Assembly (NCBI GenBank): GCA_002633005.1
Contig: NMRA01001019.1
Span: 1-64,000, forward strand
DNA from: Phoronis australis
Lineage: Eukaryota > Animalia > Phoronida
Direction of reading: 5' to 3'
Length of the DNA stretch: 64,000 bases
The position numbers and the translations under genes are program-made. Positions within the stretch are counted from its first letter, which is position 1. Every line of letters begins with the position of its first letter. The notes under the pieces are model-generated. The model did no database searches and was not told where the DNA came from. It was given only the letters and a program-made list of their open reading frames with translations. Shown here one piece after another: positions 37,201 to 51,713 of this stretch.

Positions 37201-40200
37201 TAAACTAACTCATAATTAGATAAATGAGGTTTGGAGGCTGTCAGACAACATACTTAAGTAGGGGATGTGTTTTTTAAAATTTACCAGTAGTATTTGGAAT
37301 GAAGACTGTTCCGGGAAAAATTGGCTACATCACTCAGAATCTGCCTTACATCACATTTCAAACACACCTGTAAAAAGAGACAATCCAGTTTGGTGAAATT
37401 TCCAGCAGGTTCTCCAAACAGCTAGAGAAAATCATAGGGCTCATTACGAAATGTTTCGTATTCACCGCGGCCGAAGATGATAATTTTAAAAGGACACTTA
37501 GATTATCTCAATCCTTATTTAATGACTTTCATTGTAACTCATATATAAAAAACTGGCTATGCCAACTATTAAAAGTATAACTTTTCTAACGGAAAGATCA
37601 GGAATTATAAGAATATGTTTTATATTGATGTGTCAGTATTATTTTTACGCTAGCGCCTTTTGAAGACAAAATTTGATTTTTAAGAATAGTACATAAGTAA
37701 CAAAAATGACCCTTTGGTATATTTTCAAGGAAATTCTTTGAAATGAAAAATTAACAATTTACAATTCGATTACTCGTTTAATTTTTTTTATAAGCTAAAT
37801 TAACTCGCAAAACGTTGGATATTTTCATAAAAATAGCAGTCGTAATCGTCTGTCCGTCTGTCTTATGGTACAGAATAAATGAGCGTTTTGAACAAAAATT
37901 CTAACAGATTTTTTGAGACTAATGAATACGTATCAAAATTGGAAAGTTTGAATGACGTTCACGGAGCCATGTACGAGAAATTGTGTTCCTAAGCTCAAAC
38001 TAAGTCGATTTGTCGAAGACGAGAAAAAGCGGAATACCTCCCGAGTCTTCAAAATCTGACAGTTTTACCGCTTAATTCAGAAAAAATTGTTTTTGGTCAA
38101 TATAACTTATGTATACCTTAACCATGTTATATGAATGTGTCTCGACTCAAGCTACGTCAAGACGGGATCAAATACTTAAAAGTACATGTAGGTCAACAGT
38201 TCCTTGTTGTACATACCCCACACCGGGAGAGTGTTATGAAACCAAGTGCAAAATGGACAACTGAAATCGAGTCGTGAGCATGAGATCGAAACGGCGAAGT
38301 GTCAAATTACCGATCAAATTAATCAACTTTGGAGAGGATTTATCTTGTTCACAACTTACTGTGATCGTGAACACAAAGTCACAGAGGCGTGCATTCGTTT
38401 TCAACTGTCATATGCATTCAAATGCACTCCCTCGATCAATACTACTTTATTTCTTCGTTTTCTCCGGCATCTTTTTATCCTATGTACACCTCGTTATCTC
38501 AGTATTATGGCGACTTGGTCACTGAAAAGGGTGAGGATGAATACAGATCTGGTTTTTGCCTGGCGGGAGATTCGTCCCCTGACAAGTAGTAAATTTCCAC
38601 AACTTTAGAAACAGTTGTGCGTTTGCAACGTGGGTCTGCTAAATCTTTTTTCCTCGCTACATGTCATATACACCTGTATTTCGTATTTGAAATTCCCTGA
38701 GAATAATGATAAGGTGTTTTGTTAGACATATGTGAAATATTTGTAAAAACTGCCAACTTTTATAAGGTTTGAGATATCATTAAAGTGCCTTACATTATTG
38801 TAAAACAAAAGGCTATCACAATGATTTGACTGAACTTGTTGCAATGAGGAAAAGTAGTCAACACTGGACAGTTTGACAAAGGGAATAATTTTTCTGAATG
38901 TTTTTTAAAAAGTAAGCTTTGCACAATACATTAATCCACAAAGATTTTAGATGAATTCATATCAACTGTTTCAATGAGTTCAACATGAGTGGGTGATCCC
39001 AACCCAAATTGATCACAACAATTCATGTTAATTGTTGACATGGTTTTTCACACAAGAACTAATTCATATGTATACAGAACATGCACTTTTCTCCGATCCT
39101 TTCAATTTGAAACTGTACAAAAATGACGATACTTCTTTAGCATTGTTCGTTTTTAGTATTATATTCATAAACTGTGTTTTTTTGTTCCTTTAGCTTCAGT
39201 GCTAATGTTCAGCTGCCCATTAAAATGAAATATTTAAAACAATATGTCGAGCATTTTTGATATGAAAAATGCAATAAAGCGTTAAATTCTAACATATCGT
39301 ATCACCATTTTTATGACGTCAAAACCATATGTCAGCAAAATCCCTTGATCCCTCCCTCTCTAAAACATCCATCACACTAACGAAAATGTCGATTATAGAG
39401 AAGGAGCCCTGAAATAAAGATTGTTCGTTTTACTCAAATTCCTCATAAAGATACAAACCCATCCAACATAAACATAACTATGACGCAAGCGGGAAGCTTG
39501 GCGGCTCCACTTAGAAAGAAATTGACATTTTGTTCTCAGGTAGGTCAGATGTACTGAACGAGAGGCAGGCTGTTTACCGTCCTGGGAAAACAAACTATGC
39601 AAACTATGAATTTCTACAATTTTTAACAAGCCATGTAAACTTCAGGCTTCTGACAAAAGAGGACAAAGCAGTTAACGTTTTCTCTCTCACAACTTGTTTT
39701 TTTGTTTTCAAGAAAGCCCCTTTATCAGCTTCAATATCAGGCTAAAAATCAAATTTGGTTTTGGTCTTTAACCCGAGACCTGTGCTAGACTTAAAAAACA
39801 AAAAACACCCGCCAGTATCAATTTTAGTCTAGTTTTTATAACTCTGTACAAAGGCACGTAAACAAGAGTAAGCAAAATGTGAAACACTATAAATTTCGAA
39901 GCAATGAGTATGAGAAAAAATCTTGCATCATTTTGCTGGTATCAGGTGGATTTCTATTTGAAATAAACAGTAATTAAGACAAATTCCGTGCCAATGACTC
40001 AGTTTTCAAAAAAGAAGCAGACCGGAATCAATTATGCTTTTTATTAAATAACACAATTTACTCTACTCTACAAGAGCGTGTTACAAATATCAATTATAAA
40101 TGACACTACAGTGCCGTTATACATCGTTACATTTACCATAAATAGTTATTGATAAGCAGGTGGAGGTTTTTTGAACTGGTTGACACCAAGGGGTGGTTGC

Positions 40201-40243
40201 TCACAGTTTTGATCTTAAGCAAATCAAAAGAACTCTACATTTT

Positions 40244-41060
40244 AATTGTTCGAAAACCCCTCGATCCCCACAACCCACGACCCATTAGACCCCCGACCCC
40301 TTCGACACACGATCTCCTCGAACCACGACCGACTAGGCCCACAGTCCACAACCTATTCTACACAGTCTACATGCGCTCGACTCGATCTGGACATGGAACA
40401 AACGCTAAATTGCAGGATCAACGAGTCGGGCCGTGGGCTCCGCTGGCTTCTTCATATTTTGCAAGTTTGAAAGACAAAAGACGAAAACAAGGCCACCAAA
40501 TCAAATCAAAGACCTACCAACGCTACAAAAGTCGTCTCGTCTGCCCTTCAGTGAATGGCAGATTCAATCTTTTTGGGAGAGTGCGAGGAACCGACGAATA
40601 AATAATATATTCAATTAATACAATTTGAAAAAACAAATTGTTAACTAAAAATGTCTCAATGTTACATGGAGCGTATTGTTAACGAGTATACAACAGAAAG
40701 CAACTAATAAGAATGTGAAATGTTGTGCATTCACTGTAAAGTAGAACAGGGCCTTTGCTGGCCGCTTGTGGAACTATTTCCGTGTCAACGATAGCATGCT
40801 CACAATCCACTGTTTCACATCATGTTCTGACGCCACTTTCTATTTTTACCCTCCAGACTTGAGCCAGGGTAGATTCGCGTGTAGATAAGACTTATGCGAA
40901 AGTCATTCAGCGATGTAATATGATTATGAAATTTGTAAAAAGTGCAAAGATACATCTATTGCCACAGGTCGTGTGTCGACGGATTTGTGGTCGTGGTCGT
41001 GGGGGTTGTGGGTCGAGGGGGTCATGGGATGTGGGGGTAAAGGAGGTCTTAGAACAATCT
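40244..41060 (+). mobile_element. Uninterrupted copy of the GGATTGTTCT MITE family
   Basis: TIRs; internal similarity to 9839-13394; imperfect 9-bp flanks ctacatttt/ctcaatttt. Confidence 0.78.
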
Positions 41061-43699
41061 CTCAATTTTCTGTAGATCAGTCGGTCGTTCTAATTTACCA
41101 ACAAAGGTATTGCTCAAGGGAAACAACACTCTTTGGCTTACTATGGAATGGTTGACTTTGACAAATTAGCATGACGTCACCTTGCAATTTCTATGACCAA
41201 TAACTGATCAAAAAAAAACTCTTCCCGACATCGACAAGAATGATCAGTGAGGACCGATCAAGAACCACACCAAATTTGAAGAATTTCACATTACTCATTC
41301 AAGGGTATTTTTCCAGTCTATCAAACTTTCTCATGTTGAAGTTGCAACACCCAGCGCAGCAGTAATACCTTGTTAGCATTGGAAGGACGAATTGAGTAAT
41401 GCAAGTGAGAAAATGTTGTAAAGAATCAACAACAAATGACACGTAAATCTCCAGCCAAGAGCGACACGAAAAGGAGACAGCAAATGTGCATGACTGATGT
41501 TTACGGTATTGTGACTGTGTAATCCGGGACGGCCCTATAGCGCAGCAGCCATACATGCAAATGTTTCCAACAAGCTAGTACGCGAACCCTGGCGGAGGAT
41601 TCGAACGTTATAGTTTTGAGTGATAAGATGCGAACTGTAATTCATCTAAAAATATGTTGCACGTGCACATACCTAATTTTTTTGCGATACTTCCTTCCGG
41701 ATCCTCGGCATCCAAGGGCCTCGAGGTTTAAGCTTTGTCAGCCTCGTGGTTTATTCGCCACTACTCAGAAGTTCGGTATCTCGGCTTCAATGGGCTCTTA
41801 TACTGGAGTGATCGGGACTAACAAAACTTTGTAATTACAATAGTATTAAGGCTTCAATTCGAATAATTTAATTTTGTATCCAGAGTTAACTAACAGGGCT
41901 AATACTAACCCCAGGATGGACTTCGTAGACATGCAGCTAAGTCCACAGTACTCGGAGTGACACTTTGATGAACTTGTCTTCGGGGTGTTGCTAAGTTAAA
42001 CTTGGTATCGTTACCATGATAACCAGGTATTTTAGCTGCCTTGATCACCCGTTTTAAAAGCAGGTAACCAAGCATGATCATAGCATTTCAGTGACCTGTC
42101 CCAGAGACTTAAGAGAGTTGCCAAGTTGAAATGTGTACCGTTGTCACAGCAACCAGACACGTACAGCCAAAATTTTGAAGAAGTTATACTGGCTGGTTGC
42201 TTTATCAAAGATATATCATTAGCAGTGGAACGATTTTGATAATCTAAAAATTGATACTATGACTTCTCATTCACACAAACATGGACATGTCTTTTTAACA
42301 ATATAAAGCTGGGTACATCCTATGCAATAGATTTTCATTAAACAATTACTGAAAGCAAACACCCATAGCTAGTATGTCTAAACCAGTAGCAAATATACGG
42401 AAACCAAGAAGCGCTTGCCATGGCAGCTCAAGCAAATAAATCTGTCTACTGGTTCTTTCAAACCATGTGAAACGCCCAAAACAGGAAACATGACATCATC
42501 AAAGGCACATAATTACCACCAGTATCCGCTGCATAATTTACCCGTAGCATAATTTTAAAAATCATATTAATGGTTGTCGTGATTGCGGATGAATATTCAT
42601 CACAGCTATTTAAGGTAAGGTTGATGGATTTGCTGCTAGTGGTGTTCACAGTGTTCTTGTAGATTGAAGCATCTGGTTTTTCGAGCAAAGCTTACATTCT
42701 TGCCGAGGTAATTTTATTCAGTTGCAAAAAGGATTCACTCAATTGTTCTTATGCGCTAAGAGTTCCTCCAAAAGAGGTTTCTGGCGTAACCTTGATTTTG
42801 CTGTATTCACTGTGTAGTTTAGGTTATGATAATGCCATTCATTTCTCCATGGTTCTTTCAAAAACATGAAGTAATAGTTGTATAACACGAGAAAAGTTCA
42901 AAATGGATAACGTTCTTGCAAAAGTTGTCGAATAGTTTGATATGAAATTTTTTTCTGCATTTTGTCAAATTCATTTTCTATACTGCTCTTTCCAAACCAT
43001 GATGTCTTCTTTATTTCAGAAACTGTAAATTATGAATTAAAAAATAATACTATTGTCTTTCGACTTCACATGCATTTAAAAGATATTAAACTCTGTTTTG
43101 ATGATTTCCACTACTCCTCGTTCTGTCATCTGTTAATGCATCATTGGTGTCAATCTCCTACGTTAAACTAAAAAGTTATGTTCTCCATGCCACAGATTGA
43201 GTTATGGTTCTTGGGGGAGGTGGTCTTTTCCCAAAGTTACCGTGTAACTCGTTGAAAGCGTGGGTCACGCTTGTTCGTTTAGCAGACTTCGAAATGAATT
43301 TATAAATGTTCCAAACTTTTGGGGGTTGTCGAAGGTTACAGAGCATTATTTTGTTTCAGAGATGTAGATGGAAAAGTTGTTTTTAGTATCTATTAATAGT
43401 CCAAAACCGGGTTTGGTAGCTTTTTAATGTTTAAGTTTCGATTATCACTCCTGCTGAAGCAAGTCGGATGCATCTATGCCTTTGGCGATGTTCATTGCAC
43501 AATTCGATGTGTAAAAATAGCTCGCACTCCGTGAAATGTTTGTTACCGTCAACAACACAACTTCCAATTTATAAACAAATGTAAGCATTCCAAATCAAAA
43601 GTGTTATTTGTTTGGAATTTCAATATGGTGAACGTGAGCTACGTAAGAAGACAAAACCAAAATGATACAAAATATGAAAGGCAGTGCAATTTGTCAGTA

Positions 43700-45770
43700 T
43701 AAAACTTGTTATTCTGTGAAATTGATGAACATAAAGGCATGGGTGTGGATGGAGTGAACTTTTTGAAGGCTGGTAACAGAGCTTGCGTCACCACTGACCC
43801 ACATCACTAACCTCAGTATATCGACCTGTAAATTTCCAAGTCAGTGGAAAATTGCATGGGTTATCGCTTTTCACAAAGACGGAAGCAGGGATGACAACTG
43901 TCGACCTATAACGGAACTCTCACGCGTATCCAGAATAATTGGGAGACATGTACACAACAGCCTTTATCATTGTTTAAATTCTCATGACCTTCTTGCAAGT
44001 GTGCAGTCATGATTTCGAGCATTTTTTTCCTGCGAGACTACTCTCTTGGTTCCTTTACATCGGTTAGTAATCATAGTACAGAGTAAGGGCTGAGGCTGTG
44101 TCTTGGAAATTCGGTCCCACCAGGTCGATATGGTTGTATTCATATCCAAATCCTGTAAAATTTCTCATGATGTCCCCACAGTTCTACGCTGAGGCATTAA
44201 TGTTTAATGTTCTTGAACTGTCTTTCATTATGTGTAGATTCATATATTGTGATGTGTGATAATTACCTAACAATTTTGTCCTTGAAAGATCTACATAATA
44301 TATTATCAACGTCACGTTACTGTCTGATTTAGCCAGAGTTGAAGGATGGTGTCGGGGCAGTATAATGATTTTGAGTTCAAGTAAAACTAAATAAATGAGT
44401 GTTGCCTCCATTCAAAACCATCATAGACAGGATTTAAAATCAGAGCTCAAAATTGAAGAAATTTCCTTAGAATATACAAATTCTGAAAAAACCACGTGGT
44501 GTTAAGATTGACAACACATTATAATGGAGTGCCGATGTTTCTGAGGTTTCCTCTAAAATGTGACAAAGACCGGGACTTTTAAGACGTATTAGCCCCTACA
44601 TTTCTAGAGAGTGCAATTTGGGGTATTTTAGTCCTTGTGTGACACCGGATTGTTCTAAAAACCCCTCGATCCCCTCGACCCTTGCAACTCTCTCGACCAG
44701 GATCTACGACACTCAGGACCCACGACCTGTGGCAATAGCGGTATTTTTGTGATTTTTACATATTTCGTAATCTTAGTACGTCGCTAAGTGACTTTCCCAT
44801 AAGACATACCTACACGCCACTCTGCTCAGGCTCAAGCGGAGTGAGAACGTGATCTGAAATAGCGCACTGTCAGCGCACTATCGTAGTCACGGAAATAATT
44901 CCATGAGCGGCTACCAATGCCCCAGTTCTACTAAACTTAGAGAGAGAGTAGGTTAACGTGAATGTACAAAATTTCAGATTTTTTTGTTTGCTTTCTTTTG
45001 TATACTCGTTTACAACATACTCCATATAGTATGTTGAAATACTTTTAGTTAACAGCTTTTTTCAAGCTGTAATTACTGATGAAATTACAGTTTTATCGGT
45101 TCCTCGCACTCTCCGCAAAAATGTTGAATCTTCCACTCACTGAAGAGCAGATCAGACGATTACACTCTTTAACGCTGATATGTCTTTGATTTGATGTGGT
45201 GGCGTTGCTTTTTTTCTGTTTTGGCTTTCAAACTTGCCGAATTGACTTTATCAATTGCGATAAACAAGTAAAAGCCAGCCGAGCTCATTGGTCCTGCAAA
45301 TCAGCAGGGGTGGAGGGTCGAGGGGGTCGTGGATCGAGGGAGCTGAGGGGTGTAGGGGTCGAAAGGCGTTAGAACAATCCTGTGTGTATTTTTTCACTTT
45401 TACATGCCAAAACGAATGATACATACACTGAACGGTGTATTGTATTGTATTGTATTTATCTATTATAGCGACAAGTACAATTAATTCAAACAGTTATAGG
45501 TTTAACATTTGTAAGAAAATATATAAGTACCCAGCCCAGTTGGGCTTATTAGTCACTTTAACCACACAGGTCAGATGTAGGCCTACCATAAATGCGACGG
45601 TTTCTAAGTTCAAAAGCAGACTTTATATGTTTGGCAAATTGCCTAAGGAAATACTNGGGTCGAAAGGCGTTAGAACAATCCTGTGTTACCCCCATTTTTG
45701 AATTGTTGTACAACCAATTTGATTAATAAGCTCTTAAAGATGTAAAAATAGGCTGACAGGATCTTCCTGT
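43700..45770 (+). mobile_element. Old CR1/Crack-like LINE RT remnant interrupted by a MITE
   Basis: FPSQWKIAWV..HKDGS...RPI...RHVHNSLY...QS.FR..SCET at ~43830-44040; GVKIDNTL and GLLRRI at ~44495-44590; continues after 45690. Confidence 0.7.
44647..45380 (-). mobile_element. Inverted copy of the GGATTGTTCT MITE family
   Basis: TIRs GGATTGTTCTAA/TTAGAACAATCC; probable 9-bp TSD tgtgacacc/tgtgttacc (right copy after the N join). Confidence 0.8.
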
Positions 45771-46482
45771 GTGTTCCATTTAACATCTTATCCAGTTATA
45801 TGTTCGCTGAGTTAAAATGGATACCCATTCTTAAGTTTTACGAATTTAGATGGTTGTGCTACTGCCCTGATGCACCGGGATACTTCACCAGAAATATTGT
45901 AACAGTTTGTTCCAAATACTCCTTTTGCCTCACAACATGGCCTTCTGGTGCCTAGTAAGGCACTTTTGCTCAAGTTATTGGGGAGTATATTGATCTCCCT
46001 ACAGGCCCGTAGCCAGCATTGTGCAGGGGGTGGTTCGAATTTCTTGAACGATGGACTTTTGCTATTATGCAAACGTTGACACTGTGGAGTTGTGGTAATA
46101 CCAGAGATGAGGATGCCGTGGCGGTTGCTCGCAAAGAACGGGGCTCAATTCGGATGTAATGCGGTCCAAAACATTCTCGCGTTATTTCCTGCCAAATTTT
46201 CAAATCAGGCATGCTTAAATGACTGATTACACCTACTCGGACAAAAATAGTAAGTCGGAGAATAGCTTATCGAAATTTTTTATCTAGTTATATTTTTTCG
46301 TGTTACTTAAGTTGCTTACGTCGTTGGAAATGAGACCAGCCCTCTATTCACTATTTGGTTCGCCATTCCGAAAGTTCGATCACTACTTCGAAGGTTTACC
46401 ACTACAAAAAGATCTAATTTTTTCAAACGAAGTGTATTTTTTCACTTTTACATGCCAAAACGAATGATACATACACTGAACG

Positions 46483-48700
46483 GTGTATTGTATTGTATTG
46501 TATTTATCTATTATAGCGACAAGTACAATTAATTCAAACAGTTATAGGTTTAACATTTGTAAGAAAATATATAAGTACCCAGCCCAGTTGGGCTTATTAG
46601 TCACTTTAACCACACAGGTCAGATGTAGGCCTACCATAAATGCGACGGTTTCTAAGTTCAAAAGCAGACTTTATATGTTTGGCAAATTGCCTAAGGAAAT
46701 ACTGAAAAAGCAGTTTCAACGTAACTAATCTTCTTAAAGTGAAACTTTATTAAACAGAACAGACCTCCGTGAGTTATAAAGAGAACAATCAAACACAAAA
46801 TATAGCTCATCCTCTACAGAACCAGAGTCACAACACAAGCAGTCTTTCACTTACTTGAGTGTTTACATAACGACCAGTTTCTAAGTGCAATGGGAGATTT
46901 CCTGCTCTAAGCTGAGCCAAAAGAGATCGCTCGGAACGGTATAAATTAAGCTTCCCATACGGTTCAGTTAAAAACTCGTGCTGAAATAAAATGTAGGGTC
47001 TTAGCTCGGGTTTTGTTACAACAGACTCAGCCAAGACATGTTTCGAGTATTCAGATCTACTATGTTACAAGTAGGCAAATTTTGAAAACAGGATTGCATG
47101 CCAGTTATGTTAAACAAATTTTTGATTCAGTCTATCCAACCATTTCGACCAACAGAATAGTCCCATAGAAATACCTTCTTCAGTAACCTATCACCACTTT
47201 TGGTCACTAGTTTGTTCCTAAGACACAACATATTCAATTTAAATCTATTTTCGGTGGAGTCCCACCTCATATCGTCACTAACAGCATGAATGGTTGTAAA
47301 TCGGTTGACTCCGAGATAAAAACGCATAGCTTTGTTTTGAATATTTTTATCATTGCCAAAGTTTTGTAACCCCAAACAGATGACCCGTAATCTAAAATTG
47401 GTAACACACACAAGTTAAATAATGTTTTAAACGTTTTGAATCCTAGATTCTTCCTATCACGGAATGTTAAGCACATCTTCCCTAACGCTCTACCAGAAGC
47501 TTCAGATAACGTATTCAAATTTTCTTTGAAGTCAAGGTGTTGATCCAGAATACAGCCTAAATATTTGTATGAGGATTTATAACTAATGGCAATGTTAAAA
47601 ATAAATTCAATATTGCTTCTAGGAATAGACTTAGCTCGAAAATGGACAACATTAGTTTTTACCATGTTTACAACCATCATTCTCTTTTTAAACCTTCAAA
47701 ATGTCTTGCATGTCAGTTTTATTCTCAGACAAAAGTGCAATATCGTCGGCATAAAGAAGCACTGAAATATTCATTGTTCGGGCCACATTTGACACCTTTA
47801 CCCAGGTTTTTAATATCCAGAGCTAAGTCATTTATAATCATTTTAACATAAATTTCTTCATTAAATGTCACATTATTACTAAATTTTACAAGGATATTGG
47901 AGGTGTTATATTTACGTTTTTCCGAAAGAGTATCTGAATCTTAAGGTCTGTCGATACCAGATGAACATACACCAGGCGAGGATATTTTAAACTTTAAAAC
48001 AAAAACAGAATGATCTGGTGCTTTACATCTTGGCCTAATCAAGGCGTGGATATCTAACATATCAATAATATCAGAAGTCTTAGTTACTGAAAACGATACA
48101 TAAGTCTTCAAATTATTTTGGTCAGTTAAAATATAATCTACAACAGCATTTCCTCTGGACTAATTCTGCGATTAACAATAGCCAATTTCGAGTCTTTCAC
48201 AAGTCAATTAAAGCATCACCAAATCGATTGGTTTGAAAATCTATGATTTGTCTTGGGCCTACATCGTTAATATCTTGAATAAAATCTAGCTTGTTGCCTG
48301 TTCTTGCGTTAAAGTCCCCACAAATGAAGAAATTGTCAACATCACTTAAGTTATACAATTGGTTAATGAGATGAGAATAAATGTCATCAAATGTTCTTAC
48401 TTCTGTTCAAAACTCTCGGGAGGAATGTAGCATGTATAAATTACAAAACAACTTTAGCTCCCAGAATGCCACCATCAAAGACCTTGTCAATAACACTTAC
48501 ATCAAATTTATCAAACATACTGTGTTTTATAAGCATACCAACACCCCCAGAACCTCTGGGAGTTTTAATGAGCAAATTTTCACGGTTGCAAACAAGAAAT
48601 CGGTATCCTTCCTTCGACTTGGATGATATCGTTAGAACATAAATGTGTCTCATTCAGGGAAACAACATCACAGTTAAATTGGTAAATCGCTAGTTTTTGC
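46483..48700 (-). mobile_element. Degenerate CR1/L2-group LINE with APE endonuclease and RT remnants and a (TACAA)n tail
   Basis: GGVGMLIK, FICGDFNAR and PDH (APE); LLYADD, YKYLG and LRAG.LPL..ETGRY (RT and C-terminus); internal deletion. Confidence 0.88.
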
Positions 48701-49003
48701 AAAGCATTATTGTGAACCGACCACCCATTGATTTTCCAATGAGCAATGGAGAATTCGAACGAACTGGGCTGGGGGACCTATTCCGCATCTCTGGGAGTAG
48801 AGACGATATGCTATAAAACTGTTTTGCCCTGGTTTGACTTGAACTCGTTTGGATGTCGTGTGTTCGGTTACCCTCGTTACCATGGTTACCCTCGTTATTG
48901 GCTTCCCCACTTGTCTTCTGCTGTTGTTGCTGCTGATCTTTTTTATAATTCTACCGCTCCCGGTTACACGAAACTCATTACCGTTGGGCATGGACCTCAA
49001 AAG

Positions 49004-49230
49004 TGTATTAAAGTTCAACTCAATAAGTCTATCTGTATGCGATTTGTGTATTTAAGTTCAACTCAATAAGTCTATCTGTATGCGATTTGTGTATTTAAGT
49101 TTAACTCAATAAGTCTATCTGTATGCGATTTGTGTATCAAAGTTCAACTCAATAAGTCTATCTGTATGCGATTTGTGTATCTAAGTTCAACTCAATAAGT
49201 CTATCTGTATGCGATTTGTGTATTTAAGTT
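49004..49230. repeat. 43-bp tandem repeat, about 5 copies, ending at an N join
   Basis: aagttcaactcaataagtctatctgtatgcgatttgtgtattt starting at 49011, 49054, 49097, 49140, 49183. Confidence 0.92.
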
Positions 49231-50319
49231 NAAACATACTGTGTTTTATAAGCATACCAACACCCCCAGAACCTCTGGGAGTTTTAATGAGCAAATTTTC
49301 ACGGTTGCAAACAAGAAATCGGTATCCTTCCTTCGACTTGGATGATATCGTTAGAACATAAATGTGTCTCATTCAGGGAAACAACATCACAGTTAAATTG
49401 GTAAATCGCTAGTTTTCGCAAAGCATTATTGTGAACCGACCACCCATTGATTTTCCAATAAGCAATGGAGAATTCGAACGAACTGGGCTGGGGGACCTAT
49501 TCCGCATCTCTGGGAGTAGAGACGATATGCTATATAACTGTTTTGCCTTGGTTTGACTTGAACTCGTTTGGATGTCGTGTGTTTGGTTACCCTCATTATT
49601 GGCTTCCCCACTTGTCTTTTGCTGTTGTTGCTGCTGATCTTTTATAATTCTACCGCTCCCGGTTACACGAAACTCATTACCGTTGAGCATGGACCTCAAA
49701 AGTGTATCAAAGTTCAACTCAATAAGTCTATCTGTATGCGATTTGCTGCCACGTAGATGTACCTATTTCGGGAACTAAAATACTTTGGATTTCATGCGCC
49801 TGCGAAATTGCCCGCATGCTTTACGAACACTGAAAAATGAGAACGTTATTGCATTTTAAAAAATATGGAGTGGGAATATTGATGAATTATTAACCACGAT
49901 ACATTCGTCAAATCCATGTCAAGGTCGCATCATTTCACAGCGCGACTAAAAGTTTAGGGCCGCTGCACTTGAACCTCGTCCATCGGAACCACGGACACGA
50001 CGGGTTAGCACCCTGTCCCTGCCAGTCTTCACAAAGTCAGCGAACCCAATTCAGTCTTCTTAAACTTAAAAATGTTGGTCGCCGCAGCCCTGACCCGTGC
50101 CCCAGATGTTGTCCATGCTTGAGAATGAGTCGCTAGTTAGATTCAAGATTCACGATTGGTAATGATTGGAATCGAGCTCATTTGTAAACAATGAAATCAA
50201 TTTATTAAGAACTAGTCGACTTTTGCACACCCTTAAATGATTACTAAGCGGATACAAATAGAATAATTTATTCATGTATGTTACGACTCATTAGCACACA
50301 TTCAGGGTAATGAACTGTT

Positions 50320-50385
50320 TGGCTTAGTGGTTTCAGGTCGGAACTCCTGTTTGGGAGACCTGAGTTTGAATCCTGGCATTGCACA
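50320..50385 (+). mobile_element. tRNA-derived SINE head (Pol III A and B boxes)
   Basis: TGGCTTAGTGG followed by GAGTTTGAATCC at tRNA-like spacing; no convincing cloverleaf. Confidence 0.5.
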
Positions 50386-51713
50386 AAGGTGTCTCCTACT
50401 CCTCTGAGCTCGGTTTTACTATTGAATATGTGCAAGGGTGTCAGTTAGAGCCTGGATATAATGCAAAAGCGAAACAAATAACTGTCGGAATTCTGGTTTT
50501 GGAATTGTGCACATTCGAAGTAGTGAACTTTCGAAGGTAGCGAACCTTCGCGGTAGTGAACCTTCGGAATTGTGGCATCTAATCTTGGAAATCTTTTCCG
50601 TCAAGTTGGTTACTCGTATAAAGTCTGTGAGGCTGTGCACCATTGAAACTATTGACAAGAAAAGTCCATCTCCATTGACCAAAGTTTTTATTGGGTCTAT
50701 ATTTACTTTTCCTCAAAAATGTGAACGGAACGTGATTTTCGGTGTTTTCTCAGAGCAAACAAACACGATTATAGTTCGTGGGCGCACCCAAGGGGGGCTC
50801 GAACAAGCCCCCCAATTTGGCGAATTAGTCAAAAAGGTCCGGCTCAGTGAAGCAAAAAGTCCTACTAAACGAGAGACATAAGTTCACAAAATCCACGGGA
50901 AGTCGGCGCGGATGCACAATTCATGAACCTAGTGGAGACCTTTGAACCAGAAGCAAATACAAAATTATTACTAAATTGGTTATCAATGTAGTTAGTAGTA
51001 CTTGTAGCTGCAACAATTTTGTTGTTTTCCGTCTGTATCCTATCGTTAACGGATGGGCTGGGGCTGGATCTTTTCCGCGGAGGGGGGTTCGTTCGAAACC
51101 CTCGAACCCCTGGCTACGGGTCTGCCCTGACCATAACACGTAACTATTCTTAAGCATTTTAAGAAAAGTTTGTACACCGACGTTCGCTCAATTTAATCAT
51201 TGCATGTGATATGTGTGTCTTTCATATGATCTCATGGCAACACCACAATTATTTGCACATTGCTTTCCTCTTTTTATTTAAAGTGTTTGCACTTAATTTA
51301 GATACTGTTTTTAATGTTATCATTATCGTTTTCATGTAACATGTCCTGCTTTGCCATATAAAATTAATTGTAGAATATTACTATTTCATATTCATGTCCT
51401 TTGAGTTGTTTATACCATTGTTCATTACCATGTCTATTGTATGTATTTTTGTGAAGACTATTTGGAAGATAACCTTTGTGCCTTAAGATGGTGTATCAGC
51501 TGCTTTTATCATCAATAATTATTGTTTATATCGGTGAATAAAAAACGACAGTCACTTGTTTTCTTAGGTGATAAAGTCCTAGTGTTGCATAGTTGTACGC
51601 TTTTGCAAGCAAATAGAATTAACTATAAGCCCACATGTGACAGTATTTCAATACCTATAACATTTGATACAATCTTGTTGTTATAGTCTGCCCCTGTTGC
51701 ATAAGTTAACACG

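Larger units (their letters stand above)
46002..51124. mobile_element. 5.1-kb composite insertion bounded by CAGGCCCGTAGCCAG / CTGGCTACGGGTCTG TIRs
   Basis: Copy A has the empty site gatctccctgaccata (~5446-5461); here it is split, with an apparent 4-5 bp TSD (cccta/ccctg). Confidence 0.7.

Noticed and set aside
45381-45681. Exact duplicate of ~46432-46703 plus a repeated MITE end
   Set aside because: Flanks the single N at 45656; the MITE TSD and host LINE continue only after the N, so this is most likely a mis-join or haplotype overlap
49004-49230. CRISPR-like regular repeats
   Set aside because: Head-to-tail 43-mers with no unique spacers, no cas genes, and a eukaryotic context
50320-50385. 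tRNA gene
   Set aside because: Only A/B boxes, no convincing acceptor or anticodon stems; better read as a SINE head
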